The position numbers and the translations under genes are program-made. Shown piece by piece: positions 27,788-38,700 of a stretch of 64,000 nt of DNA. The first letter of the stretch is position 1, and the number at the start of each line of letters is the position of its first letter. Below the pieces are notes generated by a model. The model worked only from the letters and a program-made list of their open reading frames with translations, had not been told where the DNA came from and made no database searches. Source of the stretch: Chloroflexota bacterium (GTDB taxonomy: Bacteria; Chloroflexota; Anaerolineae; Aggregatilineales; J027); assembly GCA_024434115.1 (NCBI GenBank), contig QMIT01000003.1, forward strand, positions 157,282 to 221,281, given 5' to 3'.

Positions 27788-29200
27788 ATGCGTAAGTTTC
27801 GCTTTTTAGCGATAGTTCTTTTAGTCGCTCTAGTTGCTGTGGTTCTACCCTCATCCGACAAGCCAGTTGTCAAAGCCCAAGATAAGGTTCAAATCCGTTG
27901 GTATGTCGGCTTGGGTGCTGGAACAGATGCCCCCCTCATTGAAGCACAAAATAAGCTCGTTGAAGAATACAATGCCTCTCAAGATAAAATTGAACTCGTA
28001 ATTGAAATCGTCCCGAACGCCCAAGCCTATGACGTACTCAGCACGCAAATCGCGGCGGGTAACGCGCCAGATATTGTTGGCCCAATGGGTATTCGTGGTC
28101 GCGCCTCTTTCCCCGGCGTTTGGATGGACCTTACATCACTCATCGAGAAGAACAGCTACGACCTCAGTGACTTTGACCCGGCGCTGGTTGATTTCTATAA
28201 AGTCGAGGGTGAAGGCCAGCTAGGGATTCCGTTTGCTGTGTTCCCCTCGTTTTTGATTTATAACACAGCGCTGTTTGATGAAGCAGGCATCCCCTATCCA
28301 CCCAAAGCCTATGGCGAACCCTATGTGGATGCTGACGGTGTGGAACACGAATGGAATATGGATACTCTACGCGACATCGCCATGTTCCTGACCGTAGATG
28401 CAAACGGCAGTGACGCCACGATGGAAGAATTTGATCCCGAAAACATTGTCCAATTTGGTTATGGCAATCAATTCACCGATGTGCGTGGTCGTGACACCTT
28501 GTTTGGCTCCGGCAACTTTGTAGACGCTGACGGCAACGCGGTCATTCCTGAGAATTGGCGTGAAGCGGAACAGTGGTATCACAAAGCCATGTGGGAAGAT
28601 TATTTCTACCCCAATGGCGTCTATGGTAACAGCGAATTGCTCGGTGGCTCTGGTGGCAACTGGTTTGGTACAGGCAACATTGCGATGATTACCATTCACA
28701 CGTGGTTCTTGGGCTGGGGCACGGATGGTTTGGAAGGCACTTGGGATTTTGCCCCCGTACCGTCCTATGAAGGTGTAACCACCGCCAAACTCCATGCGGA
28801 CACCTTTGGCATGATGAACACCACCGAACATCCGGATGAAGCGTTTGAAGTGCTTTCTTACCTCTTGGGAGAACGCGCCGAAGACCTGACCGCCCTCTAT
28901 AATGGGATGCCTGCCCGTCTGAGCCTGCAAGGTACATACATTGAGCACTATATTGCCCAACTGACCGAAACCTATCCAGACACCGACTTCGCCAGCAAGA
29001 ATTGGCCCGTCGTGCCTGCGGGGTTGGCCTATCCTGACAATCCCAATCACGAAGAAGGAATGCCCAGTTTCCTAGAAGCCAGTGACCGTTATACCTCTTA
29101 TACCCAAGAGGCGGATAACAACGCCGACTTTGATGTGGACGCTGGTTTGGATGCTTTGCAAGCAGATCTACAGGCGATTTTTGACGCGCGGGCTGAATAA
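27788..29200 (+). CDS. ABC transporter extracellular solute-binding protein (oligosaccharide)
   Basis: 470 aa with signal peptide MRKFRFLAIVLLVALVAVVL. Family 1 SBP. First gene after operator O3. Confidence 0.9.
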   Translation: MRKFRFLAIVLLVALVAVVLPSSDKPVVKAQDKVQIRWYVGLGAGTDAPLIEAQNKLVEEYNASQDKIELVIEIVPNAQAYDVLSTQIAAGNAPDIVGPMGIRGRASFPGVWMDLTSLIEKNSYDLSDFDPALVDFYKVEGEGQLGIPFAVFPSFLIYNTALFDEAGIPYPPKAYGEPYVDADGVEHEWNMDTLRDIAMFLTVDANGSDATMEEFDPENIVQFGYGNQFTDVRGRDTLFGSGNFVDADGNAVIPENWREAEQWYHKAMWEDYFYPNGVYGNSELLGGSGGNWFGTGNIAMITIHTWFLGWGTDGLEGTWDFAPVPSYEGVTTAKLHADTFGMMNTTEHPDEAFEVLSYLLGERAEDLTALYNGMPARLSLQGTYIEHYIAQLTETYPDTDFASKNWPVVPAGLAYPDNPNHEEGMPSFLEASDRYTSYTQEADNNADFDVDAGLDALQADLQAIFDARAE

Positions 29201-29212
29201 GGTTATCTCATC

Positions 29213-29252
29213 CCGAACCCCTCTCAAAACTGGCCGGTTCGGACAGGGGTTC
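29213..29252 (+). terminator. alternative hairpins after the SBP gene (partial terminator/attenuator)
   Basis: CCGAACC (29213-29219) pairs with GGTTCGG (29236-29242). This competes with GAACCCCT (29215-29222) pairing with AGGGGTTC (29245-29252), which is followed by TTCTTCT. Confidence 0.3.
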
Positions 29253-29382
29253 TTCTCCTACTTCCAAAGGTAGGGGGCGAGATAAAACCTCTTCTCAAAA
29301 GGGTACGGCAGATTCTGGCTGATTCTGTCAGAGTCTGCCACAACCTTTATTCCCAATCGCCAAATAGAAAGGATTTAGGACG

Positions 29383-30378
29383 ATGGGCGTCTCTCTAAAA
29401 TGGACACGTGTAGTACGCGCACAACCTCGATCACGGTTTCATATCGGATTAAGAAGTATGTCGCCAGCACAACGGCGAGAAGCACGTTGGGGATTAATCT
29501 TCATTAGCCCGTGGTTAGTTGGTTTTACGTTCTTCTACTTAATGCCAATGATTGCTTCGCTTATTTTTTCGACCTATGATTTTACGCTTTCAGCACCCGA
29601 AGATGCCCATTTTGTTGGACTGGATAATTGGAATCGTATGTTGTTCCATGATTCCAACGTGTGGGAAGGCCTGCGTATCACATTTACTTTCGGGACGATT
29701 TCATTGTTAATTGGCATGACTTCTGCGTTTCTGCTGGCAGTCTTGCTCAATTCCAAACATTTGTTAGCCCGTAATGTGTTTCGTACTTTGTTTTATGCAC
29801 CAACGATGGTGCCCCTGATCGCAGCAATTGTCATTTGGTCGCGGGTTCTGAATCCCCAAACCGGTTGGCTAAATAAAATCATAGACTCGTTCGGCATCAA
29901 TGCTGTAGGTGTTGATGGCCTGCGCTGGTTGGATGATCCCAATTTGGTCTATTTCGCCTATACCTTTATCGGATTATGGGGTATTGGGAACGCGGTACTG
30001 ATTAATCTTGCGGGGTTACAGGGTGTCCCAACAGAGCTTTACGAAGCCGCTGAGATTGATGGGGCGGGATGGGGTCGCCGACTTTGGAAAATCACCATCC
30101 CAATGGTCAGCCCAATTATTTTCTACAACCTCATCCTAAACGTACTTGGCCTCTTGCAATACTTCATTGTGCCCTGGGTCTTAAATCAGGGTAACGGCTA
30201 TCCCGAAGGCTCGACCCGTTTTTATATGGTCTATTTCTACAAACAGGCTTTCACCTTCCAAAACATGGGCTACGGCGCGGCACTGGCATGGATGCTGTTC
30301 ATTGTTGCTCTGATTATCACAATGTTCCTGTTTACAACAGGCCGTTCGTGGGTCTATTACTCAAGTGAGGAGCACTAA
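29383..30378 (+). CDS. carbohydrate ABC transporter permease (MalF-like)
   Basis: YEAAEIDGAGWGRRLWKITIPMVSP EAA loop. An alternative start is possible at 29458. Confidence 0.9.
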   Translation: MGVSLKWTRVVRAQPRSRFHIGLRSMSPAQRREARWGLIFISPWLVGFTFFYLMPMIASLIFSTYDFTLSAPEDAHFVGLDNWNRMLFHDSNVWEGLRITFTFGTISLLIGMTSAFLLAVLLNSKHLLARNVFRTLFYAPTMVPLIAAIVIWSRVLNPQTGWLNKIIDSFGINAVGVDGLRWLDDPNLVYFAYTFIGLWGIGNAVLINLAGLQGVPTELYEAAEIDGAGWGRRLWKITIPMVSPIIFYNLILNVLGLLQYFIVPWVLNQGNGYPEGSTRFYMVYFYKQAFTFQNMGYGAALAWMLFIVALIITMFLFTTGRSWVYYSSEEH

Positions 30379-30381
30379 ATC

Positions 30382-31461
30382 ATGGCAAAACGTCCTGATA
30401 TAGAAAAACCCCTATCGTCCTATCAAGCCGCCCGTAAACGCCGCAATCTGCTGATCCAAATGGGTATTACCCTGTTCGCTTTGGTCATTTTGTCCATCTA
30501 CACCATGCCACTTGGCTATGGCGTCATGACCTCACTCAAAACCAAAGATCAAGCCTCTGACCCCCAAGGCCCTGTTATCCCTTCCGAAGCCTTACAGTAT
30601 GAATATGAAGGCGAAAAATATGATGTCGTTTATGTCCCAACGGATGACGGCCTGCAACAATGGGCCTTAATTAAGCCAACGCGAAGGGTCAGTCAATTTA
30701 TTGACATCAACAACCCTGAGGCGGGCATTATTGAATGGGAAGGCAATTGGCGGGCACTTGAACCCGTTTTTGAGACTTCGTTCCAATGGGGCAACTACAA
30801 AGAAGCGTGGGAGACAATTGAATTTCTCAAGCTGCTGAAAAATACATTCATTTATGCTTTTGTAACCATGATAGGAACCTTAGTGGCCTCGGCACTGGTG
30901 GCCTATGGTTTCGCGCGGTTCAGATTCCCCTTCCGCAATACATTGTTTATGGTGATGATTTCGACGATCATCCTGCCCCCGGCGGTGACGCTCGTACCGA
31001 CCTATGCTTTTTTCGTCAAAGTCTTGGATTGGGGCGGAACGTGGCTACCGTTGATTGTGCCGCAGATGTTTGGCAATGCGTATAATGTGTTTTTGCTGCG
31101 GCAATACTTCATGACTATCCCACGCGAATTAGACGACGCCGCGAAGATTGACGGCGCTGGCCCTATGCGGACATTTATCTCGGTCATTTTGCCACAGGCC
31201 GTTCCTGCGCTGACCGCTGTCTCTCTATTTCATTTCTTCTTTGCATGGAATGACTTCTTTGGCCCTCTAATCTATTTGGCGGGCAGCCGTGACCTGCGTC
31301 CCATCACTGTCGGTCTAACCGAATTTAACGGCTTGTATCGGACAGAACCACAGCTTATTTTGGCCGCCGCGACCATTTCAATGATCCTGCCGTTGACCAT
31401 CTTCTTCATCGCCCAACGGGTCTTTATTCAAGGGATTGTCATCACAGGTGTTGATAAATAA
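30382..31461 (+). CDS. carbohydrate ABC transporter permease (MalG-like) with a large first external loop
   Basis: ELDDAAKIDGAGPMRTFISVILP EAA loop. 359 aa. Confidence 0.9.
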   Translation: MAKRPDIEKPLSSYQAARKRRNLLIQMGITLFALVILSIYTMPLGYGVMTSLKTKDQASDPQGPVIPSEALQYEYEGEKYDVVYVPTDDGLQQWALIKPTRRVSQFIDINNPEAGIIEWEGNWRALEPVFETSFQWGNYKEAWETIEFLKLLKNTFIYAFVTMIGTLVASALVAYGFARFRFPFRNTLFMVMISTIILPPAVTLVPTYAFFVKVLDWGGTWLPLIVPQMFGNAYNVFLLRQYFMTIPRELDDAAKIDGAGPMRTFISVILPQAVPALTAVSLFHFFFAWNDFFGPLIYLAGSRDLRPITVGLTEFNGLYRTEPQLILAAATISMILPLTIFFIAQRVFIQGIVITGVDK

Positions 31462-31488
31462 TTCTTCCCAACATTGTAAGGAGTCTGT

Positions 31489-33291
31489 ATGTCTTCTCAG
31501 CCAACCGTAAGCTTGACCACTGCTGCTAAGGAACGCGCCGCCACTTTGCTTGCTCAGATGACGCTACCCGAAAAAATTGGTCAGATGACCCAAGTCGAAA
31601 AAAATAGTCTGACCCCTGCCGATGTCGCCGAGTTTTATATCGGGTCGGTACTCAGCGGTGGCGGTGGCAACCCAACTCCAAATGATGTAGTTCATTGGGC
31701 CAAAATGGTACGCGGTTTCCAAGAAGCGGCCTTGCAAACTCGGTTGGCAATTCCACTTCTCTATGGAGCGGACGCGGTGCATGGGCACAACAATGTCAAA
31801 GGCACGGTCATCTTTCCACATAATGTCGGTTTAGGCGCGACCCACGATGCTGACCTGCTAGAGCGCATTGGGCAAATCACCGCAACAGAGACCCTAGCAA
31901 CCAGCGTACATTGGACATTTGCCCCGGCGGTATCCGTCCCACAGGATATTCGATGGGGGCGTATCTATGAGGGTTTCAGCGAAGACACCGATGTGGTGAT
32001 TGAACTGGCGACGGCCTTGATACGTGGCCTACAAAGGCCAAATGCCGAAGGGTTATGGGTGCTGCCATCAGTCAAGCATTTTGTGGCAGATGGTGGCGCC
32101 AAATGGAATTCAACTAAGCCACTCGAATGGATGTCGGGGAGTAATTGGCAGGCCGCAACCCCCTTCTACAAAATTGATCAAGGGGACGCCCGCATGGATG
32201 AGGCGACCTTACGACAGGTTCACCTGCGTCCCTACGTAGCGGCGATTGCTGAAGGGGCACTCAATATCATGGTATCACTTTCGTCGTGGCAGGGCCTCAA
32301 GATGCACGCCCAACACTATCTGCTGACGGACGTACTCAAAAATGAATTCGGCTTTGAAGGCTTCCTCGTTTCCGACTGGATGGCGATTCAGCAGTTAAAC
32401 GCCGATTTTTATGCCTGCGTAGTCCAGTCCATCAATGCTGGGTTGGATATGGTGATGGTACCTTTTGAATATCAGCGCTTCATCACCACCCTAACCGAAG
32501 CAGTTGAAAAAGGCGATGTTTCACAAACCCGCATTGATGATGCCGTTCTCCGAATTCTACGAGCCAAATTTGAACTCGGCCTGTTTGAAAATCCCATCGT
32601 GGATGATGCCTATATGCCCAAAGTAGGGTGCGCCGAACACCGCGCCGTCGCTCGTGAAGCAGTCCGTAAATCAGCCGTGCTGCTGAAAAATGAGGGGAAT
32701 GTCCTGCCCCTATCTAAGAATTTGACCGAAGTTATCATTGCAGGCGCAGCAGCGGCGGATTTGGGAATGCACTGTGGTGGCTGGACAATCGAGTGGCAGG
32801 GGGCGCATGGCGAACTCACATTAGGAACGACCATCTACAAGGCGATCCAAGAGCAGATCGGCTCCACTTCTGAGATTATATTCACCGACAGTGGGGATTT
32901 AGCAGCCGACCTCAACGTTGAAGTGGGTATCGTGGTAATTGGCGAATATCCCTATGCCGAAGGGTTTGGCGATCGGCCCGATCTATCCCTTACCCCCGAG
33001 CAAATCGCTTTGATAGAAAAAGTGCGTCCGCATTGCCAAAAATTAGTGCTCATCCTGCTTTCAGGACGACCCTTGATTATCACACCCCAGCTACCGTTAG
33101 TGGATGCGGTGGTCGCGGCGTGGCTGCCGGGTACAGAAGGGGCAGGCATTACGGACGTGATTTTTGGTGATTATCCCTTCACAGGGAAATTGGCCTATAC
33201 ATGGCCGCGCACGATGGCCCAACTCGACCAAAAATCGGCGGGACAGCCCATCACCGACCCGCTGTTTCCTTTTGGTTTTGGCCTAGCATAA
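31489..33291 (+). CDS. glycoside hydrolase family 3 beta-glucosidase
   Basis: LPEKIGQMTQVEK start and FLVSDWMA catalytic-nucleophile region. 600 aa with no signal peptide. Confidence 0.9.
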   Translation: MSSQPTVSLTTAAKERAATLLAQMTLPEKIGQMTQVEKNSLTPADVAEFYIGSVLSGGGGNPTPNDVVHWAKMVRGFQEAALQTRLAIPLLYGADAVHGHNNVKGTVIFPHNVGLGATHDADLLERIGQITATETLATSVHWTFAPAVSVPQDIRWGRIYEGFSEDTDVVIELATALIRGLQRPNAEGLWVLPSVKHFVADGGAKWNSTKPLEWMSGSNWQAATPFYKIDQGDARMDEATLRQVHLRPYVAAIAEGALNIMVSLSSWQGLKMHAQHYLLTDVLKNEFGFEGFLVSDWMAIQQLNADFYACVVQSINAGLDMVMVPFEYQRFITTLTEAVEKGDVSQTRIDDAVLRILRAKFELGLFENPIVDDAYMPKVGCAEHRAVAREAVRKSAVLLKNEGNVLPLSKNLTEVIIAGAAAADLGMHCGGWTIEWQGAHGELTLGTTIYKAIQEQIGSTSEIIFTDSGDLAADLNVEVGIVVIGEYPYAEGFGDRPDLSLTPEQIALIEKVRPHCQKLVLILLSGRPLIITPQLPLVDAVVAAWLPGTEGAGITDVIFGDYPFTGKLAYTWPRTMAQLDQKSAGQPITDPLFPFGFGLA

Positions 33292-33311
33292 GTAAAGGAA
33301 AATTCATAAAA

Positions 33312-35432
33312 ATGAAACGACTATGGTCAGTAATTTTGATAATTAGCCTGCTTCTTGCAGTGCTCAATTTTGCCCACCTGCCAACAGCTACTTACGGACA
33401 GGGGGGTGGAAATCTCGCTCCCGATGGCGTTTTTGGGGAAACCTATTACGCGCCATTTCCAGTGAATATCGAACTAGATGGCGAATTCGAGGATTGGGAT
33501 GGTGTGCCACTTGTCTATCTCGAACGCGGGGTTGGTGGGCCGGCGGTCAACTTTGGGGCTGCCGCCGATGATGAATTTTTATATCTGTATGGCGACATTA
33601 TTGATAGCCTCATTATCAGTGGTGAGCACGGTGAAAACTATTGGAATGAAGACTCCATTGAATTTTATCTGAACGGCACGGGTGATTTGAGCCTGCGCGG
33701 TTACACCGATGGGGTGGTACAAATCACCATTCCCGCCCTCAACCGCGATTTGCCCCCTGAAGAAGCCATTATCGCCGGGGTACGTGGGACATCCGCCGAA
33801 GCCACAATTTTTGCCGTAACCACCGAAAAGGGTTGGGCCGTCGAAGTGGCTATCCCTTTGAAGAGCAGCATCTGGGAAATTACCCCCAAACATGAAGCCG
33901 AAATGGGTTTTCAGGTACATCTGAATGCGGCGTCGGAATTCAACCGCGATAGCAAGCTGATATGGTCGGTATTTGATACCAGCGACCAGTCCTACCAGAA
34001 TCCCAGTCTATTCGGCAAGCTAATTTTCTTTGAGGCTGCTGCCCAGCCCGTCGCTTCAGGGGTCTATCAATTTATGTCCGCGCTCGACGACGATGGCATG
34101 TTGGATGATTTTGAAAATGGCATCTGGCTTGATTACGACGATGCTGACCAACCCATCGGCCTTGTCCCCAGTGAGAATTCGGCCTTAGCGATTCGTCAGG
34201 TGTTGCCAAACACAGCACTTGCCCTGCCCGACCAAGAAGAAGTAACGAATGTTCTCGCCGTGCAATACGAAGCAAGTGGCGGAATGCAGCATCGCTTCAC
34301 CGATGGCTCCGACGCGATTCAACTCGATTGGTCGGCCCATAATGCCATTGGCTTTTGGATGTCGGGTGCAACGAGTGGCACTATCGAATTGATGGCAGGC
34401 GATCCCACTGATACTTGGGTCTATCCCTTCGAAAATACTGCCGAGGGTTGGCAATATATCATTGTGCCGTTCAATCTGTTCCAGAATTCAGCAGGCACAT
34501 CATTACCACTAACCACAGTTGCTGGATACGGTTTTGAATTCACCTCTGCTGATGAAACCAGCATGGCGTATATGGATGATGTTAAGCTGTTTATGGTCGA
34601 GAACACCAGCGCCGCGAGTTATCTCATCCAACAACCAAGCGCTGCTTTCGTGATTGATGACAGCATTAATTGGGAATCGCGGGAATGGGCGCTGGTCTGG
34701 TCAGATGAATTTGAAGGCGAAGCCAACACCCCCATCAATGCCGATAACTGGACATGCGAAATCGGCGGACACGGTTGGGGCAATGGCGAAATGGAATATT
34801 ACACTGACCGCGTAGAAAATGTCTCACTGGATGGTTCTGGCAATCTTGCAATTGTCGCTCGTGCCGAAAACCCCGGTGATTACACCTGCCACTATGGGCG
34901 CTGTGCTTTTACCTCCGCACGCTGCATCACCGCCGATAAGGTCGAGTTTACCTATGGTCGGGTTGAAGCCCGCCTAAAAATCCCCTATGGGCAGGGCATT
35001 TGGCCCGCTTTCTGGATGCTCGGCGCGAATTTTGGCGAGGTCGGCTGGCCCGATTCGGGTGAAATTGACATCATGGAGAACGTCGGCTACGAACCCCGCA
35101 CCGTTCACGGCACAGTACACGGGCCGGGCTATTCGGGAGCCAGCGGGATTGGCGGTGGATACAGTTTGGAAGAGGATTTTTCTGCCGATTTCCACATCTA
35201 TGCCATTGAATGGGACGCCAATGTCATTCGCTGGTACGTAGACGGCAATCTCTATAACTCGGTTTCATTAAATGACCTGCGGAACCGTGAATGGGTATTT
35301 GACCACGACTTCTTCCTACTGCTCAATGTCGCGGTGGGCGGTGGATGGCCCGGCTATCCAGATACAACCACTGAATTCCCCCAGACCCTGTTGGTAGATT
35401 ATGTCCGTGTCTATCAGCTTGCGTCTAATTGA
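33312..35432 (+). CDS. secreted multidomain beta-glucanase: CBM9-like N-terminal domain plus C-terminal GH16 catalytic domain
   Basis: Signal peptide MKRLWSVILIISLLLAVLNFA at ATG 33312. GH16 catalytic signature GEIDIMENVG. WPAFWMLG block. Confidence 0.85.
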   Translation: MKRLWSVILIISLLLAVLNFAHLPTATYGQGGGNLAPDGVFGETYYAPFPVNIELDGEFEDWDGVPLVYLERGVGGPAVNFGAAADDEFLYLYGDIIDSLIISGEHGENYWNEDSIEFYLNGTGDLSLRGYTDGVVQITIPALNRDLPPEEAIIAGVRGTSAEATIFAVTTEKGWAVEVAIPLKSSIWEITPKHEAEMGFQVHLNAASEFNRDSKLIWSVFDTSDQSYQNPSLFGKLIFFEAAAQPVASGVYQFMSALDDDGMLDDFENGIWLDYDDADQPIGLVPSENSALAIRQVLPNTALALPDQEEVTNVLAVQYEASGGMQHRFTDGSDAIQLDWSAHNAIGFWMSGATSGTIELMAGDPTDTWVYPFENTAEGWQYIIVPFNLFQNSAGTSLPLTTVAGYGFEFTSADETSMAYMDDVKLFMVENTSAASYLIQQPSAAFVIDDSINWESREWALVWSDEFEGEANTPINADNWTCEIGGHGWGNGEMEYYTDRVENVSLDGSGNLAIVARAENPGDYTCHYGRCAFTSARCITADKVEFTYGRVEARLKIPYGQGIWPAFWMLGANFGEVGWPDSGEIDIMENVGYEPRTVHGTVHGPGYSGASGIGGGYSLEEDFSADFHIYAIEWDANVIRWYVDGNLYNSVSLNDLRNREWVFDHDFFLLLNVAVGGGWPGYPDTTTEFPQTLLVDYVRVYQLASN

Positions 35433-35452
35433 TCAAGAATGTCCTTTCTACA

Positions 35453-35488
35453 AAATCTGCTCCGGTTCAAGCGGGGCAGATTTTTCTT
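35453..35488 (+). terminator. intrinsic terminator of the beta-glucan operon
   Basis: AAATCTGCTCCG-GTTCAAG-CGGGGCAGATTT stem-loop followed by TTCTT. Confidence 0.6.
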
Positions 35489-35770
35489 CCCAAAACTTCG
35501 ATTAACCCATAATATGAAAGTGTAAATTCAATTTCACACGCCCGGTAGCAATTGACCAACCTATATTGCCATGAACCAAACAGACTTGATTAACGTGATT
35601 CAAATCAAATCTGCCGAAGGGGTCAATGCAGATCGTTTGACGGCCCAAATCGAAAGAGCATTGGGCAAGGATTTTGAAGCCAACGCCGAACCAGAGAACG
35701 AAATGGGTTATGTCGGGCAAACATCAAGCACCCGTACACAACCCATTTTTACTAGCAATAGAACCGCGTT

Positions 35771-38700
35771 TTACGGCTCAACCGTAAAGAGCATCCCTGA
35801 ACTGCGGCCATAGACCTCCGGGAAATAGAATTCCTGCCCGGTGGCCGGAATCACATTAAATTGCCCCGGCACCCCCAACCGCAACCGATAAACATAGGTA
35901 TAGGTTCCCGGCCCAAGATACGTCGCGTACAAGACCACTTTTTCATCGCGTAATTCGGTATGCGAGAAATACCACCATCCCCAGTCGGCGCGGTCAGCTA
36001 TTTCGAGATGGGGACGCTGACCGACGATACTCGTGGTCAACAGATGCGGGTCAACCGCTTCTGCACCTGCCGGAATGGGGTCTTCAATCACCACGTAATT
36101 GAGCGAACGCAGGGCTGTAATCGTCAGCATCACGACCACCTCATCGCCCACTTTGGCGCTGGTAATCGGCTGGCGGGCAGGGTCATCGGCAAGGTAATAT
36201 TGGCGCTCGATGGAGATACCCCGCGATGCTGGCTCAATTCCCGGCACATCCAAAAATGTCGTCAGATGGAGGGTGTAATACAGATTACCCGGCCCGTCGC
36301 CATGCGTGATAACGACTTGATTGGCCTCATCCCACAACAATTCTTCGATCTCGACTCTCAGACGCTGCGATTCCCGCACGGTTTCCGGGGTAACTTGTGT
36401 ATCTTCGGGCAATAGTGCTTCGCCATTCAGATCAACGCCAAAAGCATAGTTGGCCTCAAGTTCGCGGGTCAGCAGCATCCAATCGGTGAGAGCCATCACC
36501 GACCATGCGGTTTCTTGAGTCGTCTCCCATGCGTCGGCTTGGCGGGCCGTCATCAACCAGCGCACCGCCCCCGGCAGGAGGTCATTCGTAACATCATAAT
36601 GCGCTAATGCCATCAAAACCAAAGCCGTCGTGCGGGTGTCGGTTGTCCAGTTGTAATAATCAGGCCGATCTTCCCAATGAATCCCTGTCGCGCTGGCACT
36701 GCCCGCAAACGTGGCGGCACTCATGAAATCACTCTTCAGTGTTTCAAGGCGCGGGTCGTTGGGGTCATTTGCCATCATGCTCATCATGAGAAATGCCTGT
36801 GCATCCAGATTCAGGCGGTGACGCTGCTCGTACATCAATGTCAAACGGGCCGCATAGGTCGCCGAATCTAGACCACTGGCGTAGGCGCTGCGATTCAGGG
36901 CATAGAGGATAAAAGCCCGTTGGTTGAGTTGCCAATTCTGTAAACTATCGAGTCCACCACTGCCCTCTTGCTGGGCGATATATCCGTACAAAAAGTCGCC
37001 CGCTCGTTCAATGACACTGGTATCCACCGCCGCAAAACCACTGTTACGCGCCTCACTCAAACCAATCAGGGCGTAGGCCGTCGTTAAAGGATTGGAGGCA
37101 TCACCGGGGAACCAACCCCACCCGCCATCGGAATGTTGAAGCGCATAAAGTCGCTGCAATCCCAAAATCACTTGTTGATTCAGATTTTGCTTCAGTTCCG
37201 GGTTCGATTGATTGAGTTCCGCCAGTGCCCGCATGGTCATGATATTCGGCAAAAAACGACTGACTGTCTGCTCAATACATTGGTGCGGATAGTTCTGCAA
37301 ATAGTTTAGACCATCCAACATCGGCCCGGCCAATGTGTGGTCAAGCCGAATGCGCAGGCTACCACGTTCGGTGTCGGCTTGTTCGGGAAGCTCAATCGTT
37401 TCGGTAACGCGCCGCGCATCTGGCCCATCCAGAACACCCGCCGTGCCAACGGTTTCATGGGCCACATAACGGTATACGGGTAGTAGGCGCTCATCGCCTT
37501 GACCGAGCAAGGGTTTGCTACCATCGGTATAGGAGCCATCTTCATTCCGAACAGTGAAGGTCGCGTCAATGTCCGAAACATCTAGGACGACAATGGGCCA
37601 ATCCACACGCTGCCGCCCTTGTGCCGGAATGGTAACGGTTTGGATAAGGGCAACATCGTTAAGCACATTAAACCCCGTCCCAATTAACTCCACCTGTACG
37701 GTTTGCTCTTGGCGGGTATTGTTGTTAACAATTGCACCGATGCTGAGTTCATCGCCCACGACAAAAAAGCGCGGGGTAACGGGTCGAATCAGCAGCGGCT
37801 TGGTGCTGACAAAATCCGCTGTAGACTGCCCGACCAACATTGGCCCATCGGCCCCTGTCGTAATAGCACGGGCATCAATATGCCATGTGGTCAAATTATC
37901 GGGCAGGGTAATACTCACTTGGGCTTGCCCATTTTCATCCGTAACTACGCTGGGTTCCCAAAGGGGGGTATCCACAAAATCTTGGCGGATTTCGATAATC
38001 CCCGGATACCCGCCGCCACCGCCGCCACCGCCTTTACGCCCATTGGTGACATATTGAACATAATCATCAGCGGAGATCGTTAAGGTAGAGGCCGTCATAA
38101 TCCCCAAACCGCGCCGACTGTAAAAGTATTCCAACAGGGGTGGACTATTGGGGGACATAAGCCCTAAAACTGATAAGTCCGTGACTCCAATCCCCACTTC
38201 GGCACTCACCGGATTACCTGCCCAATCGTGTGTTTTGACATCAAGGGTGACAGTATCTCCCGGCCCGACGGTTTCAACACCCTCTGGCATAACGGGCGTC
38301 ACTTCCACATCCATCACCAACCGCTCAGTATCAACCGTCAAGGGAATCATGCCAAAGCGGAACTGCGCGTAAGTGGTATGCTCGTCAATGCCCTTAACCA
38401 ACATCACCGAGACATAGATATTGGGGGCATAGAGGTCTTGAATCGGCAGTTGATAAACATAGGAATTGGTGGTCATGTGAATAACTTCGGTATGCAAAAA
38501 GCTGTCGCGTTCCACCGTGACCAATGCTAGGGTTTCGCCTTGAAATGGACTGGGGATCAAAATTTGGGCCGTATCACCGGGGCGATAGGTATCAGCATCA
38601 GCAATGAGGGTAATGCGATTGTCGTTGCGCTGTCGCCATGAGACATATTCAGGGCTGGAAACCCACATAAATCCACTGCTTAGGATTTCGTTGCCAGCAT

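Noticed and set aside
38005-38040. GGC/GGT repeat encoding Gly7 in the A2M gene as a slipped-strand phase-variation tract.
   Set aside because: The codons are mixed (ggc/ggt/ggg), not a pure repeat, and any slippage of whole codons would stay in frame. There is no evidence of a switch.
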